A stretch of 64,000 nucleotides of DNA, from the IMG/VR virus record IMGVR_UViG_3300029656_000140; one strand, 5' to 3'. This DNA comes from a virus. Taxonomy: Duplodnaviria; Heunggongvirae; Uroviricota; Caudoviricetes. The notes below the pieces were generated by a model that was given only the letters and a program-made list of their open reading frames with translations, had not been told where the DNA came from and made no database searches. Both the position numbers and the translations under genes were made by a program. Shown in pieces: positions 1 through 9,102 of the stretch (the stretch's first letter is position 1; each line of letters opens with the position of its first letter).

Positions 1-513
1 AGATGATAACCTCTTTCCTTTTTTATAGTGGTTTAAGTATAACACTGTGTTGGGGTGAAGGCAATATTACTTATTGTTCTCTTTCAGCATCCGTAACTTC
101 ATACCCCATCAAGTATTCCACCTAAAACCGCAAAATCATTCGTCGTTAGATAATCCTGAATTTTCAAACCGATATAGCTTTCCTTTATATACATATCACC
201 ACCTGCGTTCGGTTAGAGGAGATTCCTTTACTACGCATCTCCCCGGCGAAATACAAAATGTCGGTGTAAAATGTTCATTTACCACTACATATAGTGTTTA
301 CCTGTTTTTGAGCATAAAAAATAGGCCGCCAACCAAAAGATTGACGACCTAAAAAGCGGTGCAAAAAGCTCACTTATTTAATTGTTAGACTCTCGCCCAC
401 TTGGTTTCCGTTCCTGCCTGCTAATTTTCAGCAAGCTGGAAAGTGACCAAGTGGGCTTCTTTTTTGGAGATTTTTTCAGCAGCAGCTTCTCTCCCTGCTT
501 CGCCACACGCCCC

Positions 514-1008
514 TCACACTGCCCCACTGTCGGCTTTTTCTTCCGAGGTGGGATTGTTTTGCGCTGGGGAACTTTCTTCCCGACACAGGGCAAACGTGGG
601 GCTTCCCGTTTCGTCCAGCACTCTGCCGTTTTCGATTGGCAGCGCCTCCTGAATTTGAAAGCTGACCAGCTTCTGCTCCGGGAACGGATTCCCGATCATG
701 CGGTAAGACCTGCGCTTGCTCCAGTGGGCATTTTTGTAAACCATCCGGACGAAGGCCACGCACTTGATTTCACAGCTGCTGAACTCATTCAGCTTTCCCA
801 CTCGATGCGCACCGGCATCCCCTGCTTTGCATGCCTGCACTGCAATCTGATTCATTTGGGGATTGTATAAAAAACGATAGTGTGACGGCCAGCCGAGCGT
901 TTCAAGTGTGCTGCGGAAAATCGTGATCCGGCCTTCGTCAATACTGAATGTCATTCCCAGAACTCCGGCGTGCCATATTTTCTGTTCCTGTTCTTTCAAT
1001 CTGCTCAC
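514..1008 (-). CDS. small protein resembling the C-terminal domain of clostridial large serine recombinases (DUF4368-like), GTG start
   Basis: The motif ITIFRSTLETLG...IAVQ aligns by eye with the C-terminal domain of the recombinase at 1695-3566 (ISNGRLRFNTACL...VAIR) and with ORF 1055-1741. The start codon is GTG. Confidence 0.4.
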   Translation of the reverse strand: MSRLKEQEQKIWHAGVLGMTFSIDEGRITIFRSTLETLGWPSHYRFLYNPQMNQIAVQACKAGDAGAHRVGKLNEFSSCEIKCVAFVRMVYKNAHWSKRRSYRMIGNPFPEQKLVSFQIQEALPIENGRVLDETGSPTFALCREESSPAQNNPTSEEKADSGAV

Positions 1009-1054
1009 CTCCTAAAATTGGGCGCACTTCTCCCTTGGTGTCTTATTCCTGCTT

Positions 1055-1741
1055 TTAATCAGCTCCGGTACCGGGAGCCTTCCCCGTCAGGATGCCCATT
1101 GACACATATCCGTCCATCTGCTTGACCTCGGATTCTTTCAGATGCTCTTCCACTGGCACGCCAAAAGTACCTGCAATATCATCCGGGTAAAATCCCTTTC
1201 TGGTATCCGCAGGCTTTGTTTCCTGTGTTGTATTCTGGGCAGCACCTTTCTTACGCTTCTGAGGCTCATGGAAAATCTCAGGTACAAGCAAATCAAAAAC
1301 GTACAGAGTTTCCCCCTCGAAAGAAATCCTGTAGCCCAGCATCTTGTATCGGCACTCGCTGTCCCAGCCCATTTCTTTATAGACCAATTCCGAAAAAGGC
1401 TTACAGGACATCTTCCGGCTCTTACGCTTGTCCGGCTTTGCGATGCACCAGCGCAGAGCATCCTTGTCATTTTCATCACAGCCACGCACAACAATGCGCT
1501 TCAAATCGCTATTGAACATGACGTGGACATAAACCACATCTTCCAGCCCGGTGATGCAGGCTGTGTTGAATGTGATGCTGTCCTTGCGGATCACAATTGC
1601 AGGGTCACGAAGATGCGCGAACAGTTCTTTTCGGACGACCTGGTATCCGTCATACGAAAATGTACTCTCCAGTTCTTCAGCTTTTGCATCTCTATCAGTT
1701 TCCAATGCCTGCTGCGGCATCATCGCTCTGTTTTCTTCCAT
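1055..1741 (-). CDS. standalone DUF4368-like protein (recombinase C-terminal-domain homolog)
   Basis: 228 aa. The stretch SITFNTACITGLEDVVYVHVMFNSDLKRIVVRGCDENDKDALRW aligns with the C-terminus of the adjacent serine recombinase (LRFNTACLKKFEDVEYVELLLNSVDRCVAIRPCEKSNPNAIRW). It overlaps the recombinase 3' end. Confidence 0.5.
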   Translation of the reverse strand: MEENRAMMPQQALETDRDAKAEELESTFSYDGYQVVRKELFAHLRDPAIVIRKDSITFNTACITGLEDVVYVHVMFNSDLKRIVVRGCDENDKDALRWCIAKPDKRKSRKMSCKPFSELVYKEMGWDSECRYKMLGYRISFEGETLYVFDLLVPEIFHEPQKRKKGAAQNTTQETKPADTRKGFYPDDIAGTFGVPVEEHLKESEVKQMDGYVSMGILTGKAPGTGAD

Positions 1742-3566
1742 CTATGTCAATCCATCCTTCCATTATTTCTTCTGCCTCATGGAGCAAAGCATTCAGCCCC
1801 TCTGCGGTAAATATGTTCAATTCCTTAATTTCAGATGCCGGCCGGAGCACATCCCAATTCCCGGCATAATGCTCCTGCCGCAAAATGCCAACCTGTGCAA
1901 TGCTCGTGATTGGCTGTCCAAAAGTTCCTGCCCATTCAGGCGGGAAAATGTAAATCGTCTGTCTTATTGTTTTTCCCTCCGTATCTTCTTCCTTCGGCGG
2001 CAGAACGATTTTTTCAACTTTGATCATTTCCGGCTCATCCAGTTCAAAGAGCATCAGCTTATCGTCTCCCTGCTCCACAAGCTGTCCCCGGAAGCGGTAC
2101 TTCAAATTCTCATCCCACTCCATAATGTCAAAAAGGGCTTTTGCCAGACCGCGGCAGCCAAGTGTACTGGCACACCAGCGTCCTTGTTTCAGCCTGCCCC
2201 AGCGAATGGCATTCGGATTGCTCTTCTCACATGGACGAATGGCAACACAGCGGTCAACCGAATTCAGAAGCAGTTCTACATACTCCACATCCTCAAACTT
2301 TTTCAGGCAGGCAGTATTAAAGCGCAGCCTTCCATTTGAAATCGTCATCGCTGGATTCTGCAAGGTTGCAAAATACTGTGCCCGGACGACTTCATATCCT
2401 GTAAGATCCAGACGGTTCATTACCTCTGCCGTGTCGTGCCTCTCTTCCTGCATGACGCTTTCAGATGCTTCTCGATACTCTTCCGCAGAGAAACCTGTCC
2501 AGTCTTTATCAAAAGGCACATATCCACGGAGGATGCCATCGTCCACTACACTCAAAACCGGCAAAGGATGATTTTTCTTTTTATATGTCCGGGATGCACG
2601 CAGGTGATTGGCTGCGTTGAAAACATCTCTGGAGACAATTGCCTCGTGGTGATCTCGCTGGCGGTACTGCGTCCGGTCGTTATGGTTCTTCTTTGCCTTA
2701 TGGGTAAGGAAGTTTGGTGTGAAAGTCTTTCTCGCCAGTACATCTCCACAATGGCGTTCATTTGCAATGATGCCGGCAACAGTACCGGGATTCCACTCCG
2801 TGTTCCCCAGCTTCGTCTTCCGCTCGTAATCTGTCAGGAGTTCTGCAATATCTTTCAGTGAAAAACCGTTCAGGTACAGATAATAAATGACTTTTACCGT
2901 CTGTGCCTCTTCTGGATTCACCACAAGATTGCCATCTTCGTCCTGATCGTACCCCAACAAAGCAGGCGTGAGAAACAGTCCTCGGCTGAACCGGCGGTCA
3001 ATGGACCAGTTCATAATGATCGACTTGGAATGAGATTCTTCCTCTGCCACTGATGCCAGAATGGTCAAAATCATGCGGCCGTTGCTGTCCAGCGTATAGA
3101 TATTGTCTGCTTCAAATTTCACACCAACAGGTGGATCAAGATTTTTCAGTGTTTCAATGACAGAAAGGCAGTCCACAATGTTTCTGGCAAAACGGGCAAT
3201 GGACTTTGTAAGAATCAAATCAATCTTCCCGGCCTTGCAGTCTTCGATCAACTGCTGCATCCCCTTGCGATGCGCCAGTGAAGTGCCACTAATACCTTCA
3301 TCGTCATAGATGCCCACAAACTCCCATCCCGGCTGCGCCTTGATGTAATCGGTGTAATAATTTTTCTGAAGTTCGTAAGAAGAAGTCTGCTCATCATTAT
3401 CCGTGGAAACACGAACATAGGCAGCGACACGACGAATAGAGGTGCTCTCTCCAAGCCCCTCCACTGCTTTTGCCGGAATGACCTCCAGTTCGGAGGTATC
3501 CACGCCTTTATATCGATCTCTGATTCTTTGCTTGCGGTCTACCGCTTCTGTTCCACTGCTTATCAT
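1695..3566 (-). CDS. large serine recombinase (resolvase/invertase catalytic domain + recombinase domain + zinc ribbon + C-terminal DUF4368-like domain)
   Basis: Catalytic N-terminal domain RVAAYVRVSTDNDEQ...SIARFARN with the active-site serine. ATG at 3566 follows the RBS GAGAGGAAG. The longer ORF start at 3683 has no RBS. Confidence 0.9.
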   Translation of the reverse strand: MISSGTEAVDRKQRIRDRYKGVDTSELEVIPAKAVEGLGESTSIRRVAAYVRVSTDNDEQTSSYELQKNYYTDYIKAQPGWEFVGIYDDEGISGTSLAHRKGMQQLIEDCKAGKIDLILTKSIARFARNIVDCLSVIETLKNLDPPVGVKFEADNIYTLDSNGRMILTILASVAEEESHSKSIIMNWSIDRRFSRGLFLTPALLGYDQDEDGNLVVNPEEAQTVKVIYYLYLNGFSLKDIAELLTDYERKTKLGNTEWNPGTVAGIIANERHCGDVLARKTFTPNFLTHKAKKNHNDRTQYRQRDHHEAIVSRDVFNAANHLRASRTYKKKNHPLPVLSVVDDGILRGYVPFDKDWTGFSAEEYREASESVMQEERHDTAEVMNRLDLTGYEVVRAQYFATLQNPAMTISNGRLRFNTACLKKFEDVEYVELLLNSVDRCVAIRPCEKSNPNAIRWGRLKQGRWCASTLGCRGLAKALFDIMEWDENLKYRFRGQLVEQGDDKLMLFELDEPEMIKVEKIVLPPKEEDTEGKTIRQTIYIFPPEWAGTFGQPITSIAQVGILRQEHYAGNWDVLRPASEIKELNIFTAEGLNALLHEAEEIMEGWIDIDGRKQSDDAAAGIGN

Positions 3567-3576
3567 GTACTTCCTC

Positions 3577-4557
3577 TCATTCTTCCGGCTGTATGCTCCA
3601 GTACCACTGGCGCATCTTCCGATAACTTCGGATGCCGAGCTCCTTCTTTGTGTTTTCTGCTGTCCTGCGGCTGATGCCTTCATCGCTCATCCGCATATAA
3701 ATTTCTCTGGATCTCATATCTCCTTCAGAAAGCAGCTTTTTGATTAGATAGGCCGCTTTCTCAGACTTTGACTCAAAATTTGGTGTTTCCGGCTCCGCTA
3801 TTGGGTCCGGTGCAATCTCACACTCCAGCCAATGAAATCCTTCTTCTGCAGTTATCGAAAAACGGATTTCTCCATCGGATGGAGCCAGACTGTTTTTTAT
3901 CTGCCGGACAATGCGAACATCTGCGTTCTCTGGATCTCGTTCCACCTGCAGGACACTCCGGGCGGCCGCCACTACATCAATACTGCCAAGGCTCCGATAC
4001 AGACCTTTTGTTCCCTCTTTTTTGTTGAGGTGGCCGATCAGCACAATGGCGCAGTCATATACGGATGCCCACATGCCAAGACGCTGCATCAGCTTTCTGG
4101 CTCTGCCTGCAATCTGGAGGTCAGAATCGCTTCCAAGATACGCCTGTATCGGGTCGATGACTACCAGCCGAGGCCGGAATTCTATAATAGCCTGCCGGAT
4201 GCGTTCATCATCCAGTGTCAGGCCACTGTATGTTTCTTCATTTATAAAGGCCACATTCCTGCAATCTGCCCCACACTTTTCCAGCCGGGGCTTGATGGTA
4301 TCTGATACACCATCTTCTGAGCACTGGTAAATGACCCTCTGTGATAATCCAACGGCTTTGCCATCCGGCAGCTTTCCGCCTTTTGATAACTCTGCTATCA
4401 GATTCATCATCATTGTGGACTTACCGTCACCGGGGTCTCCTTGCAGTAATGTGATCTTCCCAACTGCAATGAACGGATACCACAACCAGCGAACGGCAGT
4501 CGCTTGTACATCACTATATAATGTAAGAATTCCTGTTTCTCCTTTGTTCGCCATCAT
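3577..4557 (-). CDS. RecA-like AAA ATPase (AAA_25/RepA-like) of integrative elements
   Basis: Walker A motif GDPGDGKST and Walker B LVVIDPIQ. It sits immediately upstream of the serine recombinase in the same operon. Confidence 0.75.
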   Translation of the reverse strand: MMANKGETGILTLYSDVQATAVRWLWYPFIAVGKITLLQGDPGDGKSTMMMNLIAELSKGGKLPDGKAVGLSQRVIYQCSEDGVSDTIKPRLEKCGADCRNVAFINEETYSGLTLDDERIRQAIIEFRPRLVVIDPIQAYLGSDSDLQIAGRARKLMQRLGMWASVYDCAIVLIGHLNKKEGTKGLYRSLGSIDVVAAARSVLQVERDPENADVRIVRQIKNSLAPSDGEIRFSITAEEGFHWLECEIAPDPIAEPETPNFESKSEKAAYLIKKLLSEGDMRSREIYMRMSDEGISRRTAENTKKELGIRSYRKMRQWYWSIQPEE

Positions 4558-4619
4558 CGTTCCTTTCTGTGTGCAGTCTTTCCCTCATTTACATTATAAG
4601 GGTTGCATGATGATTTGAC

Positions 4620-4670
4620 TGCCACCTGTTGGGTGGCACATCATCGTTTTTGCCACCTAATAGGTGGCAA
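4620..4670. promoter_or_regulatory. two palindromic operator sites, TGCCACC-N5-GGTGGCA, 32 bp centre to centre
   Basis: Copies are tgccacctgttgggtggca (4620-4638) and tgccacctaataggtggca (4652-4670). They lie in the divergent region between the XRE gene and the ATPase-recombinase operon. Confidence 0.6.
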
Positions 4671-4737
4671 AATAGCCTTAGACCACACTACGGATAGAGG
4701 TGTGGCCTTTTGCGGTCTTAAATTCCTCTGTATCCAG

Positions 4738-4767
4738 TTGCTATGTATTTTTTCCTGCGAGATAATC
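4738..4767 (+). promoter_or_regulatory. sigma-70-like promoter for the XRE gene (TTGCTA, 17 bp, GATAAT)
   Basis: ttgcta-tgtattttttcctgcga-gataat lies ~40 bp upstream of the RBS AAGGAGGA and the ATG at 4806. Confidence 0.45.
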
Positions 4768-4805
4768 GTATTGCCTTATGCGGGTAAACATAAGGAGGAC
4801 CACAC

Positions 4806-5147
4806 ATGGCATTAGATTATTCTGCACTAGGAAAACGCATCAGCAATTTCCGTAATGCATCTGGGTTAACACAGGAACAGTTCGGCGAAAAGCTGAATAT
4901 GTCCCGAAAACATATTAGTCAGGTTGAGGCTGCTATCAGCCGTCCCAGCCTTGAAACACTGGTTGATATCGCCAATCTGCTCGGTATTTCAACCGATGAT
5001 CTTCTTGTTGACAGTCTGACCCACTCAGCATCTACCGCTGATTCCGAGATTCACCGTCTGCTTTTAGACTGCAATGCAATTGAGCAGGAAATTCTCACCC
5101 GGATGGTAAAAGAGATGAAAGCGATTTTATACGGTTTGGGAATCTGA
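4806..5147 (+). CDS. XRE-family (Cro/CI-type) HTH transcriptional regulator
   Basis: The HTH reads LGKRISNFRNASGLTQEQFGEKLNMSRKHISQVE. The RBS is AAGGAGGA. Confidence 0.85.
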   Translation: MALDYSALGKRISNFRNASGLTQEQFGEKLNMSRKHISQVEAAISRPSLETLVDIANLLGISTDDLLVDSLTHSASTADSEIHRLLLDCNAIEQEILTRMVKEMKAILYGLGI

Positions 5148-5385
5148 TTTTGTAACTCGTTGACTACATAACATAAAAGCCCGCATAAGCCACAGCTGCA
5201 CTTCGGATCACACCGGGGTGCTGTCTGTGGTTCATGCGGGACGAGGCAAAAAAAGCCCACCAGCGTACCATGTAAGATTCCACACAGTGCGCCGGTGGGC
5301 TGGTGAACGAGTTTTCAATCTTCGTTCCGATCTCTCGGACAGGTTTTATGTCTCTGCCCCGACATAAAGTTTATTTTCACTTATG

Positions 5386-6048
5386 CTACTTAGTATTGTC
5401 TACACCGTTGTTATCCTCTGCTTCTAGTCGCGGTAAAGTTCCCCAATCATCCGGGTATTTGAGTTTATCATAATCTATCTTTTTGGCTCGATAGATAATT
5501 TGACTAAACACACTCTCCTCTGCATCTTTTATATATGTAGCAATAATTCTGTAGGAATCCTTTATATTGTCCCGGATATCTCCCTCAAGTAATGTATCCG
5601 GAACATAGTCTCCAGTTCCCGTAACATCACGGAAGCCAAGTGCCCATTTTACACCGCCGACAAGTTTTTCGGTGTATAACAACGGATGTGAATTATTATA
5701 ATTTCCCATCATACTTGCAGACAGGTTAGCATTTTTAAAGGCAAAAGGCAAAACTGCCAGCTTTTGATGTGTCGTTCCTTTCCCCGCAAAGTCAATATCG
5801 GTTTCTTTCAATCGACCATCAATACAGAAATTATAAAAATCAAGATGCGACCATGTACTATTTGTAAGTTCCAGTCCTGTAAGATGATGAAAGTTACTAG
5901 CATCAAATCCAACCTCAAGCGATGAAACCTTCTTATGTTTATCGGTAACTACAAAGAGTAATCGCTTTCCAACAAAATTATTTTTGTACAGCCTCGCTGC
6001 TGATATTGCTATCGAAACTGCCTCTTTCTTTGTGTACTTCTTTCCCAT
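5386..6048 (-). CDS. hypothetical cargo protein in a low-GC island; candidate defence/abortive-infection or toxin-like protein
   Basis: 220-aa ORF in a ~38% GC segment set in ~55% GC DNA. No motif I can assign, although FHHLTGLE is conserved-looking. It converges on the XRE gene. Confidence 0.55.
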   Translation of the reverse strand: MGKKYTKKEAVSIAISAARLYKNNFVGKRLLFVVTDKHKKVSSLEVGFDASNFHHLTGLELTNSTWSHLDFYNFCIDGRLKETDIDFAGKGTTHQKLAVLPFAFKNANLSASMMGNYNNSHPLLYTEKLVGGVKWALGFRDVTGTGDYVPDTLLEGDIRDNIKDSYRIIATYIKDAEESVFSQIIYRAKKIDYDKLKYPDDWGTLPRLEAEDNNGVDNTK

Positions 6049-6126
6049 TCTGTATATTCCAATTCATTTATGTAAAAATTTAAAGGGAGACTACAACACC
6101 GCAGTGCTGTGCGTCTCCCTTTATGA

Positions 6127-6235
6127 CTGATTTTATCGTTGTCCGCCAACACTCCAGCCCATACGTCTGGATTCGCTATCAGGTTTTATCGTTGCCTGCC
6201 AACCCTCCGGCCTATGCATCCGGATTCACTATCGG
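6127..6235. repeat. two-copy imperfect tandem direct repeat (~53 bp, ~80% identity)
   Basis: ttttatcgttgtccgccaacactccagcccatacgtctggattcgctatcag is followed by ttttatcgttgcctgccaaccctccggcctatgcatccggattcactatcgg. Confidence 0.6.
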
Positions 6236-6346
6236 ATTTAAGGTGTCAGCCACACCAGCAGGATGTCGCCTGCTTTCCTACTCATAGTATACTCGATAAA
6301 CAGCTTTTTATCAACTGGTTTTGAAAATTTTCTTTTGAATTTTCTA

Positions 6347-6748
6347 TTAACTTCTGTCCCACCGCAAACTCCTATACGCATCCAGCACGAACTCCAAAAA
6401 ATGGGGACTCATCTGCTCCACCATGCTCTTACCATCCACATTCCCCAGCATGGTCACACCAGCTTTTGACAGGTCATCGTCTCTCTTCTCCAGTTCCTTG
6501 ATGCTATCCGCCACGGCCGCATCGATGAAGGCAGCGAGCTTTGCTCCGTCAACATTGCTTTGCACTGGCATCGGTGCGCCATCTTCACCGACAAGCTGAA
6601 TCACCTTCGGATCAAGAACCTTCTCCAGTTTCTCCAATGCCTCCTGCTCCGGCATCCGCCGCAGATACCCTTTCATCGCACTCACGACCATCAGTTCCAT
6701 CTGGGTCGTTGCATAATCCTCAACTGACAGCCACGCTAATTTCTTCAT
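6347..6748 (-). CDS. small hypothetical protein, last gene of the recombinase pair operon
   Basis: ATG at 6748 (MKKLAWLSVEDY) follows the RBS AGGAGAGAG. It lies directly downstream of recombinase B. Confidence 0.55.
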   Translation of the reverse strand: MKKLAWLSVEDYATTQMELMVVSAMKGYLRRMPEQEALEKLEKVLDPKVIQLVGEDGAPMPVQSNVDGAKLAAFIDAAVADSIKELEKRDDDLSKAGVTMLGNVDGKSMVEQMSPHFLEFVLDAYRSLRWDRS

Positions 6749-6897
6749 ATCGCTCTCTCCTGCTATGTGTATTTCTGTACTCTCACCATATAACAGAATT
6801 CTGCACATAGCAATGGGTTCGACAAAACAATTCCCCATAAAACAAAAAAAATCCCCACCAGACAAGACCAAATGTCTCATCCAGTGGGGAATCCGCG

Positions 6898-9102
6898 TCA
6901 TGCTTCCTGCTCCTGTACTTCTCTCTCCAGTGCTTTTCGTTTCCGGATCATCAGCGTGTTCGCTGTCTTTTCCTTTCTCTTTTCCCGGTGGTACCGGATG
7001 CAGAGTCCATTGACCTGCCAGCCATCCATCAGCACCTCGACCGTCTTGTTTGGGTTACACCTGCGGAATCCGATAAATGCCATCAGCGTCCGGCTGTTGC
7101 CTGTGCTCGTCAGCTTCACACCAAAGTTCGTCATGTAGGTGATCACATCTCCGTCAACGATGCCTTCCTTGATAAATGCAAAGTAGATACCTTTTTCAAA
7201 TTCCAGAAAATCCGGAGCCTGTTCTACACGGTCGGCTCCCATCTTCCTCTTTCCTCTTCGGATGTCGCTCATGATTTTGCTTCGTGCCTTCCCGCCAAGG
7301 TCACGCAGGCAGCTTCCATCCGTGTCCAGACCGTTGACGTTCAGCTTCATGCCGGCCTTGTTGACTTCGGGCAGGGCTTCCAGACAGCGGATGAAGAACT
7401 CATAGTTGTTTTTCATTTCCGAAAGAAGCTGTTCTTCCTGGCTGAGCTGCTGCCGTTCCTCCTGCTGCTCATCCAACCGAATCCGCAGATCATCTACCAG
7501 TCTTTCGTAGGTTTCGACCTCTGGGCTGGTTTTCTGTCGGCCACGCTCCACTGCTTCCTTCAGCTTGCCCTGCATCTGTGCCAGCTTTCCCTCCAGCTGC
7601 TGAATCTGTTCCTCCAGTTCTGCTTTCCTGGAAGAATCCCGTTCTGCAATGTGCTCCTGCACCTTCTGGTAGGCCATCCGGAATTCCGAATCGATCCATG
7701 CGTTTTCTCCATTTTCCTCACGGTCACGCTTGATGGCATACAGCATTTCCATGAAACTCTGCTTGACTGCCGTTTCGTACACAAAATGGGAAGGGCACTT
7801 TGCGTCTCCCTCGCCCATGTAGGTCGGATGCCAGGCAACATCTGGGTCTGCCTTTCCCATGAAAGGGCCATCGTTGGTCGGAGACGCATCTTTCTGACTG
7901 GAACACCGCCAGACCGGGTAGGTGTAATAATATCGCTCATAATAATCATCCGGCGAACTGCCCTGCGCCATTAATTCATCTCGGCAGGCATCCAGACTTC
8001 TGTCATCCTCAAAGTGCGTGGCTCTTGCCTGCAGGGTTCTGCGGTAAAGGGGTTCTCCGCATTTTCCGCATACCAGATTGTCAAAAACATCCTTGCCCAC
8101 CCGCTTGGCAGGCTTTTTGTCCTTCTGCCCTTTACGGCTGGCGCTCCTTCTTTCCAGAACTTCCTGTGCCCTCGTCCATGTCGTTCTGCTGATGATCGGG
8201 ACGTGATGGTCTGTTACATAGAACTTCGGGGCTTCTCCGTTGTTCGGGATTGATTTATGGCTGAGAAAATCGACCGTGACTGTTTTCTGCATTTCGCAGT
8301 CGCCCACATACTTCTCATTTCTCAGGATGAAGGTCACACTCTCTCCCTGCCATTTTGTACCTTTGGGTGAAAGGATGCCTTTCTCATTCAGTTCCTTGCT
8401 GATTTTGTATGCAGACTTTCCCAGAAGGAACTCCTCAAAAATGAACCGCACCACCCTGGCCTGTTCTTCTACGATGACCCAGTCCTTATTGTTTGCACCA
8501 TCCGTGTAGCCGTAGACCGACCTGGGATTTCCAAAAGCGATGCCTTCCTGAAACATCTTTTGGATGCTCCAGCCGATATTCTTGGAAATCGAATTGCTTT
8601 CTTCCTGTGCCAAAGCCGAAAGGATGGTCAGGAGCAATTCGCCAGATGCATCCAGCGTATCGATGTTCTCCTTTTCGAAGTACACACCGATTGGCGGGTC
8701 ACACTGCCGAAGCTGTCTCACGCAGTTCAGCGTATCGACCGTATTTCGTGCAAATCGGGAAATGGACTTTGTAATGATGTAATCGATCTTTCCGTCCAGC
8801 GCATCCTGCATCATCTGATTAAACTCGGTGCGGTGGTTACGGTTGGTGCCGGAGATTGCTTCATCTGCATACATTCCGGCAAAAGTCCAGCCTTCTTTTT
8901 CATTGATCAGCTTCGTGTAATAGCTTTTCTGCCCCTCATACGAAGTCTGCTGGGTAAGCTCATCGGTCGAAACACGGCCGTAAGCGGCAACCCGAATGTC
9001 CTTTGCCTTTTTCAGCTGACCGCCGGCCGACACTCTCCGCTTCGTTGCCGGAATCACCTGCACATTGTTTGCAACCGTCCCTTGTGTCATTTGTCTGTTC
9101 AT
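6898..9102 (-). CDS. large serine recombinase B
   Basis: Catalytic motif RVAAYGRVSTDELTQ...KSISRFARN, zinc ribbon CGKCGEPLY, and a coiled coil. ATG at 9102 follows the RBS AAGGAGGA. The TTG at 9105 listed in the ORF track is less likely. Its start overlaps the upstream recombinase stop in TGATG. Confidence 0.9.
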   Translation of the reverse strand: MNRQMTQGTVANNVQVIPATKRRVSAGGQLKKAKDIRVAAYGRVSTDELTQQTSYEGQKSYYTKLINEKEGWTFAGMYADEAISGTNRNHRTEFNQMMQDALDGKIDYIITKSISRFARNTVDTLNCVRQLRQCDPPIGVYFEKENIDTLDASGELLLTILSALAQEESNSISKNIGWSIQKMFQEGIAFGNPRSVYGYTDGANNKDWVIVEEQARVVRFIFEEFLLGKSAYKISKELNEKGILSPKGTKWQGESVTFILRNEKYVGDCEMQKTVTVDFLSHKSIPNNGEAPKFYVTDHHVPIISRTTWTRAQEVLERRSASRKGQKDKKPAKRVGKDVFDNLVCGKCGEPLYRRTLQARATHFEDDRSLDACRDELMAQGSSPDDYYERYYYTYPVWRCSSQKDASPTNDGPFMGKADPDVAWHPTYMGEGDAKCPSHFVYETAVKQSFMEMLYAIKRDREENGENAWIDSEFRMAYQKVQEHIAERDSSRKAELEEQIQQLEGKLAQMQGKLKEAVERGRQKTSPEVETYERLVDDLRIRLDEQQEERQQLSQEEQLLSEMKNNYEFFIRCLEALPEVNKAGMKLNVNGLDTDGSCLRDLGGKARSKIMSDIRRGKRKMGADRVEQAPDFLEFEKGIYFAFIKEGIVDGDVITYMTNFGVKLTSTGNSRTLMAFIGFRRCNPNKTVEVLMDGWQVNGLCIRYHREKRKEKTANTLMIRKRKALEREVQEQEA

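Noticed and set aside
74-870. Short plus-strand ORFs in the AT-rich left end (74-352, 382-870, 443-652)
   Set aside because: They have no RBS, motifs or coding-like composition. Part of the span overlaps the minus-strand ORF 514-1008. The region may hold an element boundary, but I cannot identify an att site.
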